DNA of 64,000 bases from the NCBI GenBank assembly GCA_965649825.1, contig OZ287695.1, forward strand, positions 1,159,081 through 1,223,080, read 5' to 3'. Each line of letters opens with the position of its first letter. Positions within the stretch are counted from its first letter, which is position 1. The translations under genes and the position numbers were made by a program. Shown piece by piece: positions 12,349-24,994 of the stretch. Under the pieces are notes generated by a model. It ran no database searches. It saw nothing but the letters and a program-made list of their open reading frames with translations, and was not told where the DNA came from. Source of the DNA: Penicillus capitatus. Its lineage: Eukaryota; Plantae; Chlorophyta.

Positions 12349-13504
12349 ATGCAACGTCTATCTCCCTACCGTCCGCTTGGTGCGACCCAACGACCCGTCC
12401 TTCTTCGTCCGTTTCTCGATCGACGCCATCGACTATTCGCTCGACGTACATGGGATCCATTCAACTTCGACAAGACCGAGGGCAACGAAATGCCTTTCGA
12501 CTATGACACCAAAAAGCTACAGGAGTTTGATGATTTGATGCCGTCCTCTTTTGAGCCATATACTCTGCCAGACTCAAAGATCCAGCTCAAACGTCTGTTG
12601 GAAAAAAACGGAGTACGATGTGGTGCGACGTTTGGGACGGACTTCGATGAACGCCTCCTCGATCCGGAAGCAAGGCAGAAGAGATCACTGGGCACTAGGA
12701 GCGAAGCACGTCTGAATTCTGACGATTTTTTCACAGGAGAGCCAACTGATGAAGACGACAAAAATGAGGCATGGCTTGGAGAAGAGATCTCGGCCGATGA
12801 GGCCTACTTCATGCAGACGATAGAGTTTGGCCACGAATGCATGTTAGAAAAAGAAGCGGAGGACATTTTTGAAAAGGCGATGGAGTTGCATCACAGCCAA
12901 CGGGCACGGTCCAGAAATATCTATGCCACCTGTAGCTGGTATGCCAAGAAACTGCATATGGCGGAGCTGCAGAATAGCTACGAGATCGATGACCCAAATC
13001 CGATCCCGCCGTATGTGAGAGCCTTCTACACCCTGGAAGATGAATTCGAGCAACTCAACGCGCAACAGATCGTGGAGGAACAAAAGTGCTCAGAGCAAGT
13101 GCAGGAGATGATTGAGGTGAACAGCACTCTCTAAAGAAGAATGACACTCACCAAAGCTTGCTTATCAGGAAGAGTTCCGCGAGTTCTTAAAATCGCAAGT
13201 GGTGACGATGCCGACAAAGCCTGGAGACAAGTACTACGATATTTTTGCTCCAAAAGACAAGAAAGAGGTAAAGAAGAACGAAGAGGACGAGGAAGAAGAA
13301 GAGCAAGAGGAGATGGACTCCGAAATTGACGTGTTTCTTCATGGTATATGCTCTTTTTTACCTTGGTAAGCAATGAGATGATCATATGGTGCTTTAGGTA
13401 TTTTGCCAAATGCGGCGATAGACAAAGGAGTGCCGGCGTCCGTTGTTAAAAGCAAAGATGCTTTCTTGCATGAGCTGGTCTTTAAAGAAGACGAGGCTGA
13501 CTAA
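12349..13504 (+). CDS. Acidic hypothetical protein with a probable organellar transit peptide
   Basis: The 261-aa ORF continues through two GT-AG introns (about 13116-13167, and 13344-13397) to ..HELVFKEDEAD*. The N-terminus is Arg/Ser/Pro-rich. Confidence 0.7.
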
Positions 13505-14472
13505 TCTTTCAGGTGCTGTAGAGATTTTTCAGCGGCATGACAGCTGAATTGAAGGATGATGTGACATCCACGACGGCAGACTTTGAGACAGGAGAGAAAT
13601 CTCTGTCGTGAGAGTCTTCCGGTGACGTGACAGCAGATCGGTGCCTCTTCAACACAAATCTTCCAATCAACCGAATCTTCGATGATCTCTCGCCAGGCAC
13701 CAAACGTAGCACACATCACAGCAACAGCCTCCTACAGAGCATCTCTCACACAACAACGGCAGCGCAAATGCCGTGCAGCCAACGACCTCCTCTTCTGCCT
13801 TGGTTGGGTCGATGAGAATCGAGTCATCTCGAGCGATGGCCACTGTCAAAGAGCCTAAACAGATTCCGTGAGTGACTCCAACTTATGACCGTGGACTTGC
13901 ACTCCATTGAGATATCATGGGAATGCCGGCGTCCATCAAAGCGTGAAAGGCGGCATTGAAGGCACACGACAGCAGAGACCCGTCATCGTACAGAACCTTA
14001 ATGACGACTCCGCCATCAACATTCGGCCGTCGACCAATGCGTCGACGCACTTGAATGTTCAGGCGGATGAAGCATCGGGGAAAGGACTTTAGAAGGAGCC
14101 TTTGATGCAAAGCATCATGCAAAATCTGTTTGATCTCTGCTTCCCGCTCGCCTGCAACACCCACCCGTTCGAGAACAGGCTTAACGAAACGCGATCGTCG
14201 TGCCCATGTCTATCTGCGCGATCGTGATGCTGATATCGAGAATTCCTTTCTCGTCCGATTCGGCATTGGATGTGAGATGCGGTCCGTAAACGGCAGCCAG
14301 TACAGACGTCAATCCCTGAGTCCACCGGGCGGAACCGGCCGATCGCAAGAGCTCTCCACGATGACATATCAATCCTCTGCAAGTGCATCGTTCCGCCGAT
14401 CGATTCGGCTACTGCTACTGGACTTTCTGGATACCTGAGTGCATGGTGTTGACGAGCATCAGTCCGCAACAT
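13501..14472 (-). CDS. RRP46: Exosome complex component RRP46 (EXOSC5)
   Basis: MLRTDARQHHALR|GLICHRGELLRSAGSARWTQGLTSVLAAVYGP..G|EREAE..DDGSLLSCAFNAAFHALMDAGIPM..IDPTKAEEE. This is an RNase PH fold. One GC-AG intron at 14203-14152. Confidence 0.88.
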
Positions 14473-15035
14473 CGAAGACGTACACTCCAAGTCGCAACGC
14501 TCATTGTATACGAGCCATATACGGCTAAGAGACCCCGAGCGTTTCGCGAATGACGGCGCAAGAGACAGATAAGCCATAGAGGAAAACGAGTCGTCACATA
14601 GCACCGCCGCCGACAACGGGGTCAAGTTCCAGCTCGCATTGTCGAATCTCGGCCCATAATGTACCCGGCATGACACAGAGCGGCAAAGAGGCAGCCGAAG
14701 AACACGCAATCCCGCGTTACAGGCCGAACGCGATCTTTTAAACCCATCCGAACTGCATCGTTCATGCATCTTAGAGCACGACATCGACGATGGAGTGTCT
14801 CACTAAGCGGCAACAGAGGTGCGTAGATGAGCGGAGCGAAGATGTGGAGACTCGGCTGCTGCCTGGGAGGCCAGATCGGCAGGCTATGATGGTATGCCAG
14901 TCATAGACGGATCGGTACCGCGGAGGCAGTTCGCTGTCAGCAGCAGGCCGATGTCCGCCGTCGTCGCCTTTCATAATGTAACGTCGATGATACCATCTCC
15001 ATCGTCTGTATCGTTGCAGGTGCGTTTCTGTTCTC

Positions 15036-15748
15036 ATGGACGAAGGTCTTCGCTCAAATGGTCGCAAGGATCTTAGCATCACGTTTGACGGTGTGCGTGA
15101 TAAGAACATCGAACAACTCAGAGTACTGAACAATGTACTGTTCCCCATTCAATATCAGGCACACTATCACTCTTCTGCTGTTATACCGTTACACTTTTGG
15201 AGCAGGATAGCTACTACAAGGACTGCTTAGCATCAGAAGAGGTGTCGCAATTTGGTAAAGGATACAACAGCTGTGAGGGAACGAATATTGAAATGGACTG
15301 TTGTGTTTGATAGCTTTTTTCAACTCCGTCAGTATCGGAGCGATCGCCTGCCGTTTAGAAAAGCAGGTAAGAACGCGTCCTTCTCACACACGTCACATCA
15401 CACGGATACCGGCAGGAGAGCGGCAAGGCCAAACTCTACATCATGACCCTCGGCGTCCTGGCCCCCTATCGAAGAATGGGTGTTGGTATCTTTCTATTGC
15501 AGCCTTTTTGCGTGCAGCCTAGATCGCGTCTTCTAGGCAGTGGACTGCTGAGGCGTGTGCTGAAAGTCTGTTCCCAGAATCGTGATGTCACAGAAGCCTA
15601 TCTGCATGTCCATGTGGACAACACAGAAGCCATAGAGTTCTACAAGAAGTTCGATTTCGATATCATAGAGACCCTGCCAAACTACTACTCGAAACTGACC
15701 CCCTCTTCTGCTGTTCTCCTGTCTAAGCAGCTGCATAAGGACCTGTAG
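15036..15748 (+). CDS. NAA50: N-alpha-acetyltransferase 50 (NatE catalytic subunit)
   Basis: LNNVLFPIQYQ|DSYY..GAIACRLEK..LYIMTLGVLAPYRRMGVG..YLHVHVDNTEAIEFYKKFDF..NYY. Four introns, the first GC-AG (15159-15205). Confidence 0.92.
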
Positions 15749-15832
15749 TCTTTCACCGACGGACTGCGTGATGTGACATTTGCCTCGCCGCCGCGTGTGC
15801 ATTCGGTTTTTTGCGATAGCGTTTGTCGAAGA

Positions 15833-17471
15833 ATGGGTCGACACGAGACGGATAGACCACGCGTCGACGTCGAACCATCGACACGCAAAAGCAAAGAGCA
15901 CGAGCAGCAGGAAAGCGAAGAAAACAAGAAGAGCGTTGCGCGAAAAGTGCGTCACAGTCGCTCATCTGTGGCCTCTCCGTCTCCGCCGAAGAAAAAGCAC
16001 CGTCTGCGCGAACAGACCACGACAAAAGAGGTCGGCCACCCTTGAATACCTGGTGTATTGACTGTCAACTTTCTTAAGGGCGAAACGCGTGGGCTCACTA
16101 AATTTCAACGGCCAGGCGTTCCGCAAGAGACACCCAAGAGTGAACTGCAATTTCCTAACCGTTATTCGCCTCCAGAGCGCACTGCGGACGAAGTGAGGAT
16201 TCTTCTCTGCTGTTCAGGGAATGCGTAAATTTCTGCGGTGCAGCATGGCTTCTATCGATTTCGCTACGGAGAGAATCTCACACCGCGTTATAAAATCATC
16301 TCAAAGTTGGGTGAAGGGACATTTGGCCTTGTCCTCGAGTGTTGGGATCGTACAGAGAAGTGTTTTGTTGCCGTAAAAATTATCAGAAACATCGAAAAGT
16401 ACAAAGCAGCTGCTATGGTGGAAGTAAGCCAACACATTTCTCACTCTATCTCACTCTTTCTGACAGTTAGAGGTGCTCAACACGATCAAAATCAATGACC
16501 CAGACTCTGAATCTCACTGCATTACCATCAGCAAATGGTTCAACTACAGAGGTCACGTCTGCATGGTGCACGCACTCCTATCATGGGCACGCGGGTCATT
16601 TCATGATGATGGGACTGTTGGCAGGCATTTGAGAAACATGGACCCAGTCTCTACGATTTCCTTAAGAAAAACAACTACAATCCGTTTGACATCGATGTTG
16701 TACGAGATATTGGCTATCAGCTGCTGAAGGCTGTGACTTTCCTGCACGATCTCAACTTGGTTCATACGGATCTGAAGCCAGAGAACATTCTCTTCGTCAA
16801 GGATGGGTACGAACGACGTTCTGCGTCACCCAGCTCTGTCAGGCAACACCTTTGATCTGCCAGTTGTCTTTTCATGGACTGCCTGCTGATATCACTGTGT
16901 CTTTAGTTCTGGATTGAGGGTGCCATCCGACACGTTTATTCGCGTTATCGATTTTGGCAGTGCCACTTTTGAAGATGGCCATCACGGACGGATCGTCTCC
17001 ACACGGCATTACCGTGCACCCGAAGTTGTGCTGGGCATTAAATGGGGCAACGCGTGCGATCTCTGGAGTGTGGGATGCATCCTGGTTGAGCTCATCACAG
17101 GGGAGACGCTTTTTCAGACTCATGAAGATATAGAGCACTTGGCTATGATGGAACAAGTTCTGGGCCGAATTCCTAAATCGCTGGCCGAACGCTGCGATCA
17201 TCCATCAAAGAGATACTTTCACTTTGACCATCAACTGAACTGGCCGGAAGGCGCCTCAAGCCGCAAGAGCATACGCGCCGTCCGTCGGCTACTGAGTCTA
17301 CGAAATTGGGTAGCAGAGATCGGCGACAAAAGCGTAAAAACTTGCATAGACGACTTCGTGGATGTCGTTACCTCGCTGATGAGATTCGAACCGACGGAAA
17401 GACTCTCTGCTAAAGATGCACTGCACCATAAGTTTTTCTCCTCTATTGCTAATGGACCTGAGACGTTTTAA
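15833..17471 (+). CDS. LAMMER/CLK (AFC-like) dual-specificity protein kinase
   Basis: YSPPERTADE|HGFYRFRYGENLTPRYKIISKLGEGTFG..VAVK..HTDLKPENIL..IDFGSA..STRHYRAPEVVLG..EHLAMMEQVLG, which includes the LAMMER motif. Five introns. Confidence 0.92.
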
Positions 17472-17639
17472 AGCACATAAACAATGAAATGCGGAAGGAA
17501 CTCATGTTCATCATCTTTGCGAAAAGAAAGATTGCATGCAATAGGCCTCGAGAATGAGGGCTGTCTGATTGTCTCAAGTTCTATGGAGAATGTAATATTT
17601 GATTGACACAGCCGACACTGAGTGTCGATCATGTCGATC

Positions 17640-20600
17640 TCAGAAAACCGATGGAGGTGGAGAAGAGGATCTACCGTCCAGTGCCATCAGACGACGGTAA
17701 TGATGTTGCTCTTCGTTTTCGAGCGATTCGAGCGCTTCGGCACTTTCATGACGCACTCGGGCTTCTGTTAGCCGGAGGCGGTATTCGTCGACTTGTATCA
17801 GAGATTCGAGTCGTTGACTATCCTCCATAACACTTTATTCGTCAGCAGGATGCGACGGGGAATCGATCGGACCGTTCTTGTCGATCGGACAAGAGTCCTT
17901 CCGCCTCGCAATGACTCCAGACGCACTTTAGCGTTTCGAGGTGCTGTTCGACTTCGTAGTTGCGTAAACGACATAAAAAAGGAGCTTCATGTGGTGAGAG
18001 ACTTCGCAGACCGTCGTAGCCGACGACTGAAAAGACCACGTAGACCTTTCTTCGAAGGACGTCGGAGTCGACGCTCAGATCCGATGCCAATGTGGACGCG
18101 CCGTTGACGTGACTTGCCTAAGGAAACAGTAGATCGCGAATTTCTGATAAACCATTCGAACCTTCTCCTGTGTTTTGATTGAGTCTTCGATTTCTTTCCA
18201 TATCGAGAAGAGGACGATCGCTGCTGTTCGGTCAGTTTTGGAAGAACGCCAATCGACGAAAGCAGTCCGAGCGGCAGATACATCGCCGAGAATCTCTGCC
18301 ATAACTGTTAGTATGAGCGAACGATGACAGGGATGCGTCGTCTCGATCAGGGTAAGCAGGGTGTCGATCGCCTGATCACCGACAAATGTCGCCATCGCTT
18401 CTTTCTCTGGCACGATCGAGTCCAATACCAGCCGGAGTAGACAAATCAACTCGACGGAAGGCTGCGATCGGCAATCGTCAATTAAACAACGCAATGCTGT
18501 CGCGATCGACGTCACACCGTTGTGCTGCACGAAGGTCTCGCGCCACATCGGCTCCCCTAATGAACAGGCATCTTTCATTCAATCCGATCGATGATCAACA
18601 CATCGCATTTGTTACGTTTGCACAGTTTCGCCAGAAGAATGCTTGCCGGACTGAGCTGTCGTGTCCTTACCAGATCGATGATGGTGGGTATGGAGGATGT
18701 GCATGCGGATTCGGCAGTACTCAGCAGATCGAGGTCACTCAGACGGCATAGACTGAACAAGAGTGTTGTCAGTTGACGATGGCTCTTCAGCGTCTGCAAC
18801 GCGCCGAGCAACTGAGGGATGCATTGATCGATTCCAGACGGAAGTCGAGATCGACACACGATTTGCAGAAGACAATGCGTCGCACATTCTCTTGCTCGAT
18901 CGGGCAAGAAATCTGCCACGTCGTCCCTGTGCCTCAATGGCTCAGCAATCATGCACACGATCGCTTTCACGAAATCTAGAATCAAGAGATATCTGGCGCA
19001 AAATTCTCTGATGCGTAGACGCACCGATTAAGATTTGTCCGTTTGCCACGTCGTCAGATGAACACAGCGTCGTGAGAAGTCGACAGAGTTCGATTAGAGT
19101 GTCGATCTCGCCATCGTCGAATGTATTTGAATCTCTCAACACACATTCAATTCGCCGAAGCAGATGGTCGACAGACTTGTGAACCCAATCAACGAGACCG
19201 TACTCCCACAGCCATTTGTTGATCGCTTCTCCGTGTGCCAAAGTGGTGAGACAGATAGCCATCTTGTGAATCTTCTGCCATTGCAAGGTCGGCAGCGGCG
19301 ACATGTGACATAAATGCGACCAGATCTGACTGAAAAAATCGAGAAGGGTCGTCCCATCGCCGACCGATGAATCGTCCAGAAGAAAGAGAAATGATCTCTC
19401 TCCGCGTTCTTTCGGAGGCAAAGATTGGAAATAGGTCGAGAGAAGCGACAAGAGGAGACTCGTGATGGGATCATTCGGATTCCACTGTCCATTACTGTTC
19501 GATAGAAAGCGAGAGACGGAAGGCAGAAGACCGGCACGATCGGCGATGTGTATTGCCCCGTGCTGAGAAACTAGGAAGTGGACAGTATCGACAAGACAAT
19601 GCGTCCTTGCGTTCCATGACGGACATCCGCACATCATCTCCAGTAATCTGCTCAGAATATCGGATCGCTCTATCAACCTAGCGCACATATACAAAGGAGA
19701 TGGATTTTCGCGCTGTTCGTTGAAAGCACTTTCGAACACATGTTCTTTCCGATAGATCGGTTGCTATCTGTTTGACGTTCTATGCACGAACACACTTTGA
19801 CATGATTTTGGAGAGATGATGTGTTACGTTGCACGCAAGGATGGCGACATGGTCGACGGATACGTGTGACAAAACCCCTAACGCCGATATCCAATCCGTC
19901 ACTGCACTTTCCTCTGTCTCGTTTAAAATCTGGCATTCGGAGCCTTTTTGTTTTACTCTGACTGACCTAAACGCATACCGACGTTAAACGCGACGGTCGC
20001 GTCTGTTTTGCGATTCGTGCTCGAGTATTGTTTCTAGCAAGGGCCAGTAAATGCGTGGATCCGTCGAGGCCAGTGTCCTGAGATGGTGCACGACTCGAGA
20101 GGCGCAGTGGAGACTGTCAAGTGGCCACGATTCTTCTCGAACGCGGCGACATGCGCTGCGAATCTCGAACGCGCATCTATCGGCCAACTGCTGCTTCGGC
20201 GGTCTTTTGAGATAACACAGTGATTGCGTCCAAATGCTAACACGTGCGCAGTGTTTCTTGTCGATCGAACACTCGACGATCATTTTGTCGATCGATATTG
20301 GTCGAATCGCACTCACTGACATGCACGAGGTCGAAACTCGATCGGATGGTGTGACGCGTCTGATGTGCGGTTTCTTGCCGCTGATCGAGCGAGAGAGGCA
20401 ACACATCGATATGTTTACGCTTATTGAAGTATCTGTTGGCGGCCGTTCGAATCCTCCGGGTTTCGACAATCTGTTCGAGATCGAACAATCGCGTCGAGCC
20501 CGCTTGTAGTCTATTATCTTTGTCGAAACCAGCGTCGATCGCAAACCTCCGGTTCAGTTCTAACACGATCGCTATCACGCAAAGCGATAAATCGCACGTC

Positions 20601-20800
20601 GAGATGAGCAGAACGTCGGCTTACAGACAGAGAACGATCCATCGCTACGTGTGTAAGTACGATGGGCGGCGATGTGACAATCGTATGCGAATTGATGATC
20701 GTTTTGCCTAGCGCTCACGAGATCCAGAGTCTCACTGTGTCGATCTCGGGGTCTCGCATCACGACGGTGTGTCAGCGAGCAGGACAATAAACGATCGCAG
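17640..20800 (-). CDS. CFAP69: Divergent CFAP69-like ARM-repeat flagellar protein (5' end uncertain)
   Basis: AIDTLLTLIET..LILTVMAEI..DWRSSKTDRTAAIVLFSIWKEIE and DVLRRKVYVVFSVVGYDGL match the CFAP69 C-terminal half as I recall it. The ORFs link through short introns. Confidence 0.6.
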
Positions 20801-21001
20801 TTCGATCAATCGACGTGGTCCACAGAATGTTACCTTGCGTGATGATTATAAGTGATAAATCCATACGATAGTATCAACAAAGCAAAAAACTCTACAAAAG
20901 ATACGAGATGCTTCAACAGCGACTGCGCCAAATATAGTCCGGCTTGCAGCCCCAGAACACAGAAACACGATTGGCGCTAACGGCATGCGGCAGTCCCCTT
21001 C

Positions 21002-22788
21002 CTAGGCATCAGAAGGCGCTTCTTCTTCTTCGTCCTCCATTGCGATCGATTCGTCGATCCTGTACTCTGTGGAGACGTCCCATCGACATCCGGGCGCCGC
21101 CGCCCCTATGTACTTTACGAATTTGATCAATCCTTTATCCGATAACACGAGATTCAACGTATTACTGACAGGACTGACGGAGAGAACGCCGCTATCGTCG
21201 TCATCTGCACGGTAAACATCTGCCGCAGATTCTTCTTTGGTGTCAGCCAGGAGATAAGCCTCGAATCCGCCAACCTCTCCGAGATCCCATTGCGCCTGAG
21301 CCACTTCATCCGGACAATGAACAAAACACAAAACAGCATCCAGTGTCTCTTTATTCGACGGACTGTAGAGCGCAATGGTATAATCGGATCCCGGGCGAAA
21401 ACACCGCACCTCGGAATCCCCACCGGTCAGCGTGACACCTGTTAGCTGATGGAGCAGGTGGTAGAAGGCCTCCGTCTGAAACACCTCAGTCTCGATCCGA
21501 TGCAAGAAGTCGCCAATCCTGCCAGTGGCAGAGGATAGGTTGTCGATTTTGTGTTCGCGAAACTGCAGATGACGTCGTTTGTGAGGTGGTCCTTTGACAA
21601 TCCACCCTTCATTGTCGGCATCTCTGCTTGACCGCATTTCCTCATCTGCTGCAGCAACAAAGGTCATGGATTCTTCGATTGTGTCGCTGTTTAGGAAATC
21701 TCTCAGTTGGATGCTTCCTTCTTCTTTGAATGTCTCATAGATTTGCTCAATGTGTGCATCCTCCAAGTAGATTGGATTCACCCATTTTTTCAGGTAGTCG
21801 ATGACTTCTTGTTGTAAGCTCTCTCCTACGATGTTCGCTTTTCCGAATCGTCTGGAGTTGAGAACGCGAGTCAATACCGTGATCGCTTTGCTGGAATGTG
21901 AAGTTGAGGGGCGGCGGCGCTGTTTCGCTTTGGATTTGGTGCAAAGACGACTGGGCAATTCTTTCATGATCTGCTGATGTATGAAACCATCCCGAAATAC
22001 TCAAACGATGATTCTCAGCCGTCTTCACTTCCTCGACGGAATGGAAACTTACATCCGGTTCCGTGCAGAAGAACACCATCTGATTCCACTGCGGGAGTAT
22101 TCTCTTTGCCGGTTTGTGATCCGGCTCTACAGGCATACACTCAAAATGATGAATAGCGATCCGTGACCACGTGCCTTTATTGTCGTTTACATCATAAAGC
22201 TCCAAAGCGCCGCCATTGGATGCCTGCCATTCCGTTTCGGGATCGGTCAGGTAGATGATGTAGGACACACATCGACTGCCGATGACATCATCGTGACACA
22301 GGAGATGTCCACTCTCTGGATAGATATTACAAGAGCAATCCACTTGTTGCGTCAGTTGCGGACATCCAGTCACCTCTTGGACAAAAGAGCGAAACTCCGA
22401 TGAATAGACGGCGTCCCTTAGTGCTAACAGAGACTGTATCTCTTTGTCGGACGTGTCCAAATTTGCCAAATCTCCTGAACGGCCGCCGATCGGAATAAGA
22501 TCGTGCGTCGATCGGTCGATCTGATCATACTTGTTTGCAAGACTTTAAAAATGTCCGTTTCTTTGTAGTCTGCTTTGAGATGCTCGATGATTTCGTCTCG
22601 AACGGTGCGCAGAAAGGCGTCGTCGCAGAGATCCGAGACGGTAAGGTGTGGAAAGGGCTTCGCATTGACGAAAGTACTTTGCAGAGCTTTACGTTCTTCG
22701 ACGGAATAGGAAAGAGGTGCTAATGGGATCGGCTGCGGCGCATCGCCGACTCGGAGTTTCTTGCGTGCGCTGTTGTCCGATTCGCTCA
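21002..22788 (-). CDS. OGFOD1: 2OG-Fe(II) prolyl hydroxylase OGFOD1/TPA1
   Basis: FVNAKPFPHL..DLANLD..VDCSCNIYPESGHLLCHDDVIGSRCVSYIIYL..GGALEL..FHSVEEV..RLSISGWFH, followed by the second domain (CFRPGSDYT..EVGGFEAYL). Three introns. Confidence 0.9.
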
Positions 22789-22916
22789 TTGACGCGACAA
22801 TAAATTTGATGACGGCCAAGGAATGACATCCATGATCGCGTCCAATCGCTGTCGGCGAAGTAGGATTCGGGAAAGAAGTTAAAATTTCTATTGGCCCTAT
22901 GTGGCAGGCATCCATA

Positions 22917-23242
22917 TCAACAACAACCATTCCTATCGTTTCGTTCTGTGCTCCACACATTCTGACAATGCATAAAAGGTCGTTGCAGATCCGGATGGAA
23001 CATGCAAACGAGATGTCCACAACATTCCCAAGTGAAACGGCACTCTTTACCCTAGAGTCACAAAACCCAAATGTCCACTCGGAATGGATGTGGCTATTCG
23101 TGTGAGACTGCCAAGCAATGCAGTCCTCTACCTTCTTTAGACAATTTGGGCTCGGGACAATGAGACGGGCGTTGGCAGATACCGTCAGGAGGAGGAGAGA
23201 CGCGAGGAGGAGACATCGCATCGACGAAGCATAAAGTGCCAT
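22917..23242 (-). CDS. Small secreted cysteine-rich (knottin-like) peptide
   Basis: Signal peptide MALYASSMRCLLLASLLLLTVSANA. Removing a GT-AG intron at 23131-23052 gives CLKKGKECRFTWECCGHLVC..HC..CC*. Confidence 0.6.
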
Positions 23243-23437
23243 TCTCAAAAACGTAAAGGAATCGGAAGAATGCTCTCAATTTGTTCGGTCAATATCCGCG
23301 CTTCTGCTCAAAGTGTAGCGCGTTGGGTCAGTCCGAAGCTTGTTGTCTGAAAACGTGTACCGTCGCAGAAATACCGATTCAGAACGTACGGGATAAAGCC
23401 GCGGCTTCCAGCGGGGCGATTCGCTGGCGTACGATCA

Positions 23438-23885
23438 CTATGAAAAGAATCTCTTGCTGACGGTTGACCAAGCTGTACGAGTTGACAGGGTATATTGAAT
23501 TGCCAGTCTAGGGAATCCATGCACTGCATTCAGGAGAGAGAACGAACGCACAGACTGCCAGCTTCTCACATGCTGTCTCCCGCGTGCATACCTGTCAGCT
23601 GTACTGTCCTTTCCGATACAGAGTCATTGCCTATAAGGGAGAGCGAGCATTTCTTCATAGCTTTCTCTTTTTGACGAGAGCACTACGGTCAGTGCTGGAG
23701 TCTGCGATTGTCCATTGACTAAAGACATATCTACCTCTGTCGGCACAGGAATGCGGATTATTGCTGCAGTGGAAGGGAAGAACGAAAGGCGTCGCCGTTC
23801 GTTGCGTGCAGAAGAGGAGGAGGCTCTCCAAGTGTCTTCTGCATTTTCGTACACAGTTCTGCGCGTTGACTTTCACATAAGGCAT
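23438..23885 (-). CDS. Small spliced hypothetical protein (model uncertain)
   Basis: Two good donor/acceptor pairs (ag|gtagat..ttatag and ag|gtatgc..atgcag) give an open reading frame of about 90 aa. No homology recognised. Confidence 0.3.
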
Positions 23886-24090
23886 CTTCCTCCTGACTTC
23901 TGCGTTCCTACGTCGCGATGCCGACACGTAGTGCAAACGTCGACATGAGCGGATTCCGCGTACTGTGATTCAGACGGTTACTTTTAGAAGCAAACTTCTC
24001 AAAAAGCACTGAAATTCATTGCGTCTTCGCGCCTTATTGACCTCTGTCTTTCTCCTGTCCTTGCGTTCTGACGCGTACCGCGGTGCAATT

Positions 24091-24994
24091 ATGTCCGATA
24101 GACGGCACGGACTTCGAAATTGGGCGTCTTCGAAATTCGCACGTGTTGTACAGTGGCGTCAAAGACACGGAAGGAGTCGAAGCACAGGAAGCGAATCTCT
24201 GGATTCAGTGAATACATCTGTCCATATTAACTCGGTAGGTGACATGGCTCTGGGTCTTCCCTATCCATACATGTATACATAATGAACAGATGGCACATTC
24301 TGTTGAAGCCTTGTCAAGAGTTATATCACGGAAACTTGCAGAATTCGAAAAAAATCAGCAGGTTCGTCCGATCCTGCGATCAGGCGAACGTCTAGCGGAT
24401 GCGATAGGCGCATGATGAACTGCTTCGGAATTTGCGAGAACGTGAGCGAATAATTCTGGAGATTCGCGGAGCTTTGGTCACACTGGAGAAGAGGGTAGCG
24501 ACGCAGGACGACGAATGATCACACATGTTCGTCTGTTCTAGGTGGTTGCATCCGAAAGGGAATTGAAAACGATGCAGAGCGTCTTGGTCTGCTCAAATCT
24601 GCAGAATGCTCAGCTGGCAATGGTGGTATTTGCCAAAGGGATTCTCTCAAGGAATGGCCTCGCCTCAAGCTCAAGCTGCTATAAAGACGCGACGACTACG
24701 GCCATCCAATCAAGTCTCAACGAGACCACTGTCTCGCAGAGTACTCCACGGTTAGAACTGAAGATGGGTCTGAAGCTTTTTGTCTTGATGATCGCCTCAT
24801 TGCTCTGTCTACTGATCGAAATCTGCCGAGCTCGCATGCGTACATTACCTTCAAGCGTTTTACGTGCCCTGCGATGCGTCGAAGAGGTGTGCAAGGCTTC
24901 CTGTCTGATAGCGCTGGGGACGCTGTGGGAAGTGATTCGGGATATTGTATTGAGAATACTAGAAGCAGTAGTGGGCTGGATAAGATCGTCTTAG
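24091..24994 (+). CDS. Hypothetical protein with a coiled coil and C-terminal hydrophobic (membrane-anchor-like) segments
   Basis: Three short GT-AG introns (the first at 24235-24289) join exons in frame: ..ISRKLAEFEKNQQ|AHDELLRNLRERERIILEIRGALVTLEKR|VVASE..GLKLFVLMIASLLCLLIEIC. Confidence 0.55.

Noticed and set aside
14480-15030. Possible small gene between RRP46 and NAA50
   Set aside because: Only short ORFs in several frames, with no homology or consistent splice model.
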